Source: Minisyncoccota bacterium (lineage in GTDB: Bacteria > Patescibacteriota > Minisyncoccia > Phycocordibacterales > CSBR16-193). From it: 64,000 bases of DNA. Below the pieces are notes generated by a model. The model was not told the origin of the DNA, searched no databases, and was given only the letters and a program-made list of their open reading frames with translations. A program made the position numbers and the translations under genes. The stretch covers positions 101,968 to 165,967 of the forward strand of contig JBBDRA010000002.1 of assembly GCA_040905715.1 (NCBI GenBank), read 5' to 3'. This document shows positions 57,756-64,000 of this stretch, piece after piece (positions within the stretch are counted from its first letter, which is position 1; each line of letters opens with the position of its first letter).

Positions 57756-58253
57756 ATGCCAGATGTTTCATGCAAAAAATGCGGTAATACTTTTTATGCA
57801 AAACCAAATTGGTTAAAGCGTGGCTACGGAAAGTTCTGCTCCATTAATTGTACTCGCCTGGCAAGCAGGAGGGGTAGTTGGAAAGCATGTTGCCTTTGCA
57901 AAGAAAAGGTCTACAAATCACTAAAAGATATCCGGCGGTCAAAGAGCGGGAACTTTTTTTGTAGCAAGCGGTGTAGTTTAAAATGGCTTAGGTCAAAACA
58001 ATTTGGCAGAAATCATGCAAATTGGAAGCACGGAAAATATGCTTACAGAGGGATGCTCCTTCGTAGTGCGTTGAGCAGAAAATGCAAATTATGCGGTCGT
58101 GACGACGAACGTATCTTAATAGTTCATCATATAGATAAAAATCGTGAAAATAACAAAATAGATAATCTCACTTGGCTTTGCCTGAACTGTCATTATTTAG
58201 TTCATAATTATTCAGAGGCTGAGGACCAATTTCTTGACAGTCTAAATACATAA
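57756..58253 (+). CDS. HNH endonuclease with N-terminal Cys-rich (TRASH-like) repeats
   Basis: CxxC...FCSxxC twice; VHHIDKNRENN...NL.WLC.NCH. Confidence 0.88.
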   Translation: MPDVSCKKCGNTFYAKPNWLKRGYGKFCSINCTRLASRRGSWKACCLCKEKVYKSLKDIRRSKSGNFFCSKRCSLKWLRSKQFGRNHANWKHGKYAYRGMLLRSALSRKCKLCGRDDERILIVHHIDKNRENNKIDNLTWLCLNCHYLVHNYSEAEDQFLDSLNT

Positions 58254-58256
58254 ATT

Positions 58257-58763
58257 ATGGAAAGGAGTTGTGAAATATGTAAAGCGACGTTTAAAACAAA
58301 ACCTTATTTTATTCGGAAAGGGCAAGGGCGCTTTTGTTCTAAAAAATGTCAATACGAAAGTTTCAAAACTGGTTCAAGTATCACTTGCGATACCTGTAAG
58401 AAGAACGTCTATAGGAATAGGTCGGGCTTAGGTAGATCCAAGAGTAGGAAATTCTTTTGTTCAAAATCGTGCCAAACAAAATGGAGAAATACGCAGTACA
58501 GTAGAGAGAAACATTTAGGTTGGAAGGACGGCGTTTCGTCATATCGAAATGCCATGCTAAGAAATAATGAATCGCAAGAGTGCAAGTTTTGCAAAGAAGT
58601 CGATGTGCGAGTTCTTGTTGTCCACCATGTTGATGAGGATCGAACCAACAACAAACTGGAAAATCTTTGCTGGTTATGCCATAATTGCCACCACCTTGTT
58701 CACCATTGCAAAGGCGAGTCAGAAAAGATTCGCTCGATCATTGGTAAAGGCAAAGAACAGTAG
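58257..58763 (+). CDS. HNH endonuclease, tandem paralog
   Basis: Same architecture; VHHVDEDRTNN...NLCWLCHNCH. Confidence 0.88.
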   Translation: MERSCEICKATFKTKPYFIRKGQGRFCSKKCQYESFKTGSSITCDTCKKNVYRNRSGLGRSKSRKFFCSKSCQTKWRNTQYSREKHLGWKDGVSSYRNAMLRNNESQECKFCKEVDVRVLVVHHVDEDRTNNKLENLCWLCHNCHHLVHHCKGESEKIRSIIGKGKEQ

Positions 58764-58768
58764 CATAT

Positions 58769-58841
58769 GGTGCCTATGGTATAATGGTTATTACGGAAGC
58801 TTGTGGAGCTTCAAATTCCAGTTCAATTCTGGATAGGCACC
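58769..58841 (+). tRNA. tRNA-His(GTG)
   Basis: G-1:C73 pair; anticodon arm GAAGC-TTGTGGA-GCTTC. Confidence 0.92.
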
Positions 58842-58945
58842 CAGAATATAAAAACAACTCCATGCCTGGAGTTGTTTTTTATTAGTAAGAAGTTACCGGG
58901 AATCGAACGGGAAGGGGTCGGGAAAACTAGAGTTTTCCCGTGAAG
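58842..58945 (+). mobile_element. tRNA-His 3' trailer cassette, apparently decayed
   Basis: Hairpin 58848-58881; CCGGGAATCGAAC at 58896; GGGAAGGGGTCGGGAAAAC..GTTTTCCCGTGAAG; no clear 3' duplicate. Confidence 0.65.
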
Positions 58946-59127
58946 TCTGCCTGCGGGCGCTGTCAGGGAAAGCTCTGCTTATGAATGGAATGAATTAGGA
59001 AACAAGCAATGCTCTTTGGGTATTTCCCAGAAGTGAGATAGCGACGGAATCCCGCTTTCGCGGGCTCAGCTTTTTCGGAGACTTATTCTCAGCCAAAATC
59101 ATATATAACCTGTGATACTATTCACTC

Positions 59128-59535
59128 ATGGAACAACATGCTGCCGGAATTATTCTTGTAACACCAGGTGGATCGGTCATTCTTCAGCAGCGAGATCGAT
59201 CAGGCGTTGAGCAGCCTGGGAAAATTAGTTTCTTTGGTGGGGGATGTGAAGAAGGTGAGACAGTAAAAGAGTCCGCAGTACGTGAGTTGCGGGAGGAGAC
59301 AGGTCTCGATGTCTCGCCAGATGATCTCGAACTATTTAAAGAGTATGATGTAACTGCTCACGAAGGACGTCACTCCGGCGCCACGTTTTTTGTTTTACGC
59401 GGTATTACTCCAGAAGATATAACTGTTTATGAAGGTGAGGGTGTGGTGATGGTTTGCTCTTGGGAGGATGTTCAGGGGCATCCTGGTATCGCTTCTGTGG
59501 CTCGTCAGGTACTAGACGATTGGTTTAATTCGTAA
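59128..59535 (+). CDS. NUDIX hydrolase
   Basis: GGGCEEGETVKESAVRELREETG. Confidence 0.92.
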   Translation: MEQHAAGIILVTPGGSVILQQRDRSGVEQPGKISFFGGGCEEGETVKESAVRELREETGLDVSPDDLELFKEYDVTAHEGRHSGATFFVLRGITPEDITVYEGEGVVMVCSWEDVQGHPGIASVARQVLDDWFNS

Positions 59536-59539
59536 CTTC

Positions 59540-59995
59540 ATGCCCCACATTCATGACAGGATCGATTATACGGTAGAGGTGTTTATTGTTCACAAAGACA
59601 CGATACTTCTCCATCAGCACAAGAAACTGAACAAGTGGCTCTCGATAGGCGGTCACGTTGAGCTCGACGAAGATCCCGAAGTTGCATGTCATCGAGAAGT
59701 AAAAGAGGAAATGGGGCTCGAGATCGAGTTGGTCCCGGAACGAGAAACAAAAAAGTTTAATACGAGCCATGAATTACCTCAGCCGTTTGCAGTAAATCGA
59801 AACCCGATCACCGATACGCATGACCATATAACTTTTGTATACTTTGCCCGCACAAATACCGATCAAGTGACGCCGGAAGAAGGTATAACAGAGTGGAAGT
59901 GGTTTGCGAAAGAAGATCTTGAGGAAAATGGAGACGGGGTACCTGATGATATACGGTACTATGCCCTCAAGGCACTTGATGTGCTAAGCTCATAG
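59540..59995 (+). CDS. NUDIX hydrolase
   Basis: GGHVELDEDPEVACHREVKEEMG. Confidence 0.92.
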   Translation: MPHIHDRIDYTVEVFIVHKDTILLHQHKKLNKWLSIGGHVELDEDPEVACHREVKEEMGLEIELVPERETKKFNTSHELPQPFAVNRNPITDTHDHITFVYFARTNTDQVTPEEGITEWKWFAKEDLEENGDGVPDDIRYYALKALDVLSS

Positions 59996-59997
59996 AT

Positions 59998-60429
59998 ATG
60001 CAAAAAGGAATTGATTATCCAGGCATAACTGTTGTTTTCTTCTGTCACGACGGACAAGGGAATTACGTGTTGGCAAAGCGAGGGAAGAACTGTCGAGACG
60101 AGCACGGATGTTGGGATCCGGGTGGAGGCGGTGTAGAGCACGGGGAGACTATTGAAGGAACGTTGCGTAAAGAGATCGCCGAGGAATATTGTACTGATGT
60201 TTTGGATCATGAATTTCTTGGGTATCGTGATGTGCATCGAGATCACGAAGGGGCAAAGACGCACTGGATAGCACTCGACTTCAAAGTTTTAGTTGATAAA
60301 GACAAGGTTGCCAACGGTGAGCCGCATAAGTTTGATGCGATTGAATGGTTCCGGGTAGACGCCTTACCTGAGCCAATGCACTCTCAACCCCCGGCTTTTT
60401 TTGAGAAGTATAAAGATAAACTCCTATGA
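59998..60429 (+). CDS. NUDIX hydrolase
   Basis: GGGVEHGETIEGTLRKEIAEE; NGEPHK. Confidence 0.9.
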   Translation: MQKGIDYPGITVVFFCHDGQGNYVLAKRGKNCRDEHGCWDPGGGGVEHGETIEGTLRKEIAEEYCTDVLDHEFLGYRDVHRDHEGAKTHWIALDFKVLVDKDKVANGEPHKFDAIEWFRVDALPEPMHSQPPAFFEKYKDKLL

Positions 60430-61016
60430 GTAAACCGGTACTCGGACTTGATGTAGATGATGTGCTTGCGGATTTTAACGCAACGCTCTTTGGATTTCAT
60501 AATATGCACTACGGTACATCGCTGACACGCGACGATATTATTGATTATAGACTCGAAGTTTCGTGGGGGTGTAGCAAAGAAGAAGCTTGTCAGCGGATTA
60601 GACACTTTCATAGATCACCGGAATATAAGAATCTACCTCCGATTTCAGGCGCTGTCGCGTCGGTTAATGAGCTTTCCAATCAATACGATATCCATTTGAT
60701 AACAGCACGACCCGATGAGATCCGCGAGGAAACATGTGCATGGATCCAGCAGCATTTTCCGTATCTCGTTGAACGTGTTCATTTTACGCGACAAGTGGTT
60801 GGTGGCGATCAGCGACCTAAGAGTGAGGTGTGCCAAGAGCTTGGTGTAAGTATATTTGTTGATGATGCGTTGCATCATACTGAAGATCTTTCCCCTGCAG
60901 TTGAAAAAGTTTTCTTGTTTGACACGCCCTGGAATCAAACATCTAAGGCGCTTCCGGAGAACGTGCTACGGGTGTATTCGTGGGAGGAAATTACAAAAAA
61001 GCTTTTACCACTATGA
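60426..61016 (+). CDS. HAD-family 5'(3')-deoxyribonucleotidase-like protein
   Basis: DVDDVLAD, ITAR, K, FVDD, PWN, RVYSW. Confidence 0.88.
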   Translation: MSKPVLGLDVDDVLADFNATLFGFHNMHYGTSLTRDDIIDYRLEVSWGCSKEEACQRIRHFHRSPEYKNLPPISGAVASVNELSNQYDIHLITARPDEIREETCAWIQQHFPYLVERVHFTRQVVGGDQRPKSEVCQELGVSIFVDDALHHTEDLSPAVEKVFLFDTPWNQTSKALPENVLRVYSWEEITKKLLPL

Positions 61017-61435
61017 ACCAATTCGTCGCAACCAGAGCGTTTATTGTAAATGAAGAGGGAAAGGTGCTCATCATCCGCGAGGCATCGGAGTATTCAGGTG
61101 GTACCCAGGTCGGTAAGTACGATCTCCCGGGTGGCAAGATCAAGCCGGGCGAATCGGCCGTTGAGGCGACCAAGCGGGAGGTTAAAGAGGAGGTTGGTCT
61201 AGATGTTGAGATCGGTCAGCCGTTCTTTGTTAGCGAGTGGTATCCGGAAATAAAAGGCGAAACGATCCAGATCGTCGGCATCTTTTTTAAATGTACCCCT
61301 GCCTCTTCGGTGATCATCTTGAGCGTTGACCACGATGACTTTCAGTGGATCGATCCGGCTGATCATTCCCAGTACGAGTGCATGAAGGAGAATATTGGAG
61401 CGTTTGATGCTCATCTAAAAAATAGATATAGATAA
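61013..61435 (+). CDS. NUDIX hydrolase (MutT-like)
   Basis: PGGKIKPGESAVEATKREVKEEVG. Confidence 0.92.
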   Translation: MNQFVATRAFIVNEEGKVLIIREASEYSGGTQVGKYDLPGGKIKPGESAVEATKREVKEEVGLDVEIGQPFFVSEWYPEIKGETIQIVGIFFKCTPASSVIILSVDHDDFQWIDPADHSQYECMKENIGAFDAHLKNRYR

Positions 61436-61475
61436 TGATGCTCTTGACAATTATTTTAAAGGGAGTATTATATTG

Positions 61476-61553
61476 TCAGTAATAAAAAAGTACCCCAAGC
61501 CCCCGGAAGCCCATCGCACGAATTTTGTTTCGTGCGGTGGGTTTTTTATTTTT
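61476..61553 (+). ncRNA. Candidate small RNA (promoter-terminator cassette)
   Basis: TTGACA(61444)-16-TATTAT; terminator hairpin 61508-61543 + T run; no ORF. Confidence 0.45.
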
Positions 61554-61688
61554 TAAAACCCACTGACCCAACAATTCTATCTGACAATAAATCTTGACAC
61601 TTAAAGCTCGTATGGTTACTATGTAGTGCGGTTGAGCCTTGTATGGATATAAGGCTCGTTACAGTGTTCTTACAGAAAGAGGGTTTTC

Positions 61689-61790
61689 ATGTCGAGGAAA
61701 CGGCATCGAGGCAAGGTTCGTAAGCAGACCGGTAAGCGTCGTAAGAAGTCGCTGAAACGCGCCACGAAAAAAGCCGGCAACGGTAACTGA
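61689..61790 (+). CDS. 33-aa highly basic peptide (not in ORF track)
   Basis: MSRKRHRGKVRKQTGKRRKKSLKRATKKAGNGN; TTGACA-17-TACTAT promoter, AAAGAGG RBS, terminator 61822-61858. Confidence 0.6.
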   Translation: MSRKRHRGKVRKQTGKRRKKSLKRATKKAGNGN

Positions 61791-62028
61791 CCATCTCTTT
61801 TGCCCGTCCTGGGCAACCGCCGAATCGTGGCGCTCTCCTGGAGCGTCGCGATTTTTTCATATCTGTATTGTCCGTAATCAGGATAAGCGATGGTATACCC
61901 ACAAGCAGTTCTTGCTCCAAGAATAGGAATATTTGACTTATTTTTCTTGCCGAGTACTGTTAGCGCCAGTGTTTTGATCCTTGTCTTCACTCTGGCCTCT
62001 AGCAGGTTCGTCCTGGGAAGGAAGATGT

Positions 62029-62679
62029 ATGAATACGAATGACTGGCGCAGCATCTGGAAAAATCTCGGTGGCTACTGGAAATTTGATCATGATCATGAT
62101 CCGGCGATTCAGCCGCATGCAATTCTTACCAGCGGTAATCACTCAGACGGGTACGGCAATAGCCGGGTTATCAGTGCGAATCCATGTGCGGTTACCCGGG
62201 CTGCTCTCGATATGTGGGATGCGTTTTTGCAAGAGCGCCCGTTGAATCTTCCGCAGGCGGTATTCGCTCCGGAAACAAGTGCTCCGCCGTTTGCAGAAGA
62301 GATCAAACGGTACAAAAGTGTGCCGTTTGGCAGTATTGAAAAGGACGGCACGATCAACTGGCCCAAGAATGTGAAGAAGGTCAGAACGGCCCTTGTGATC
62401 GAAGACGTGGTTACAACCGGCGGCAGTGTAGTGAAGGCGATCAAAGCGCTCGAAGATGCCGGGGTCGTGGTGTTGCCGTATGTACCCGTCATTCTCAATC
62501 GCAACACGGACGGAAAGGATTACCTTGAAGATGAGAGCGGGAACACGCTGGCTATGCGTATCCTCCCGTTGATCAAGGAGCCGATGAACATCTGGCCATC
62601 GGAGGAATGCCCTCTGTGTTGCAAGGATAGCACGGCATATCGTCCGAAAGAGAACTGGTCCTTGTTTGCCGGCTCTTGA
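62029..62679 (+). CDS. Type I phosphoribosyltransferase, orotate PRTase (PyrE)-like
   Basis: H.ILTSGNHSDGY, PRPP-binding loop LVIEDVVTTGGS, W...ECPLC. Confidence 0.82.
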   Translation: MNTNDWRSIWKNLGGYWKFDHDHDPAIQPHAILTSGNHSDGYGNSRVISANPCAVTRAALDMWDAFLQERPLNLPQAVFAPETSAPPFAEEIKRYKSVPFGSIEKDGTINWPKNVKKVRTALVIEDVVTTGGSVVKAIKALEDAGVVVLPYVPVILNRNTDGKDYLEDESGNTLAMRILPLIKEPMNIWPSEECPLCCKDSTAYRPKENWSLFAGS

Positions 62680-62717
62680 TTCGGTTGACAAACTTCCTTA
62701 GGTGAGTAAGCTAGAGG

Positions 62718-62812
62718 CAGTTATTTGATTTGTACCCAGACGCTTCACGGCCCCGAGAAAGAGAATGAAGTCGACCCTCAGACGATTTCTTTCCTCTTCT
62801 CGGGGTCTTTTT
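62718..62812 (+). ncRNA. Candidate small RNA (promoter-terminator cassette)
   Basis: TTGACA(62685)-16-TAAGCT; long hairpin 62749-62808 + T run. Confidence 0.4.
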
Positions 62813-62933
62813 ATAAGCTGCGTACCGTTCTGGTACTGTTTTGATACGTATTCTGTTTGTGCGTAGTTCGTGACAGGGTTTATTTAAGCAGTGCTTGATT
62901 CCACATTATATACATGCTACAGTCTTTAGCACT

Positions 62934-63050
62934 ATGAAAGTCAAAGCATCGATCAAAAAAGAAAAGCCGGGAGACAAGCTTGTTCGTCGACGAGGACGTC
63001 TTTACCGTATCAATAAGCGCGATCCACGACGAAAAGCACGGCAAGGATAG
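62934..63050 (+). CDS. rpmJ: 50S ribosomal protein L36, Zn-independent type (not in ORF track)
   Basis: Hand translation [38 protein letters not shown]. Confidence 0.93.
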   Translation: MKVKASIKKEKPGDKLVRRRGRLYRINKRDPRRKARQG

Positions 63051-63097
63051 TCAGCTTGTACCTGCCTGCCGGCAGGGCTGATAGATTATAGCGTATA

Positions 63098-63168
63098 AAA
63101 CCCGCCCGGCTCCGCCGGGCGGGTTTTTGTTTGACTATAAAAAGCCGCTCGGGTGTGCCGAGCGGCTT
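63098..63168. terminator. Two terminator hairpins between convergent rpmJ and the desaturase gene
   Basis: AAACCCGCCCGGC..GCCGGGCGGGTTT and AAGCCGCTCGG..CCGAGCGGCTT. Confidence 0.75.
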
Positions 63169-63171
63169 GAA

Positions 63172-63999
63172 TCAGTCCGCAGGCTTGGCTTGCGGTGATT
63201 CTTTTCGCCTAATAGTCTCTAAGGAAGGAACATTTACATTTTTTGCTAAACGAAGGAAGGCAAAGAGCTGAATCAGGCGGTAGCTCGGATCGAACCCTTG
63301 CCCAAGTGAGTGCCATGCAGATTTAGGAAGTGCATGATGGTTATTATGCCACCCCTCACCTCCACCGAGTATACCGCAGATCCAGTTGTTCCTGCTTTGG
63401 TCTTGGGTATTAAAGCGTCGTGTGCCAAACACATGGCAAACAGAATTAATACTCCAGGTGACGTGATGGAGTGCACCAATGCGGATCAAGCTACCCCAAA
63501 GAAATGCTAGGAGAGCGCCAGATGCTGTTCCGGTGATGACAAAGCCAAGTACCGCCGGAAGAGCAAGTGAAAGAACTGTCCATAACAGGAATAAACGGCT
63601 AATCAAGACCAGGTCAGGGTCGCCTATGATGTGCTTGGCGTAACGATCCTTGTCAATCCGCTCTTCGGTGAGTAGAAATCCAAAGTGAGCGTGCCAAAAT
63701 CCGTGAACCGGTGAGTGTGGGTCACCTTCTTCATCGGCGAACCGGTGGTGCTTATTGTGTCTTGCGACCCAAGTAGCAACCGGCCCTTCAAGCGCCATTG
63801 ATCCGGCAATGGCAAGTATGATCTTCAACGGGCGAACTGCTTCAAATGAAGCGTGTGTAAAGAGTCGATGGTATCCGACCGTGACACCAAAACCGGTGAA
63901 GATATAGAAACCGGCAAACAAAGCTAGGCTTATCCAATCAACCCCCCAACCCCAGATCTGGATGATGCCAATAGGAAGCGCGATGATCGGTAGTATAAC
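63172..63999 (-). CDS. Acyl-CoA/acyl-lipid delta-9 fatty acid desaturase (start lies beyond the window)
   Basis: His boxes GYHRLFTH, HNKHH, GEGWHNNHH; DPHSP; INSVCH; frame open to the window end. Confidence 0.93.
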   Translation of the reverse strand, partial: VILPIIALPIGIIQIWGWGVDWISLALFAGFYIFTGFGVTVGYHRLFTHASFEAVRPLKIILAIAGSMALEGPVATWVARHNKHHRFADEEGDPHSPVHGFWHAHFGFLLTEERIDKDRYAKHIIGDPDLVLISRLFLLWTVLSLALPAVLGFVITGTASGALLAFLWGSLIRIGALHHVTWSINSVCHVFGTRRFNTQDQSRNNWICGILGGGEGWHNNHHALPKSAWHSLGQGFDPSYRLIQLFAFLRLAKNVNVPSLETIRRKESPQAKPAD

Positions 64000-64000
64000 A

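Noticed and set aside
1-64000. Genetic code 25 (TGA = Gly)
   Set aside because: Conserved genes such as rsmA, tsaE, ruvC and nrdA end at TGA at the expected lengths, and no conserved ORF is interrupted by TGA.

Overview
This is a compact, housekeeping-rich bacterial chromosome segment spanning the probable replication origin (jag-yidC-rnpA-rpmH / dnaA-dnaN). Gene content and style suggest a Patescibacteria (CPR, Parcubacteria-like) genome in genetic code 11; this is an inference. The supporting features are a PrgI/VirB4/VirB6/pilin T4SS-like cluster, pilB and pilMNOP, a short YebC, CCA-less tRNAs and few Shine-Dalgarno motifs. Seven tRNA genes are present. The most striking signal is non-coding. 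Six of the seven tRNAs are flanked by short structured cassettes that duplicate the tRNA's own 5' end and/or 3' end, and the 3' cassettes carry an antisense copy of the T-arm. Cassette bodies are shared between different tRNA loci and no integrase is present in the window. Two of the three tRNAs without a 5' cassette instead have free-standing LAGLIDADG or HNH nuclease genes abutting their 5' end. Other highlights are a cobalamin riboswitch controlling a class Id-like RNR with an ATP-cone on the beta subunit (PduO is nearby), an unassigned ~240-nt structured RNA upstream of ruvB, an orphan Mu Gam gene, a four-NUDIX + HAD operon and a delta-9 desaturase. Four small genes were missed by the ORF track: an AbrB-type regulator with a phased palindromic operator, L34, a Zn-free L36 and a 33-aa basic peptide. 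No database search was run; all assignments come from motifs read by eye.
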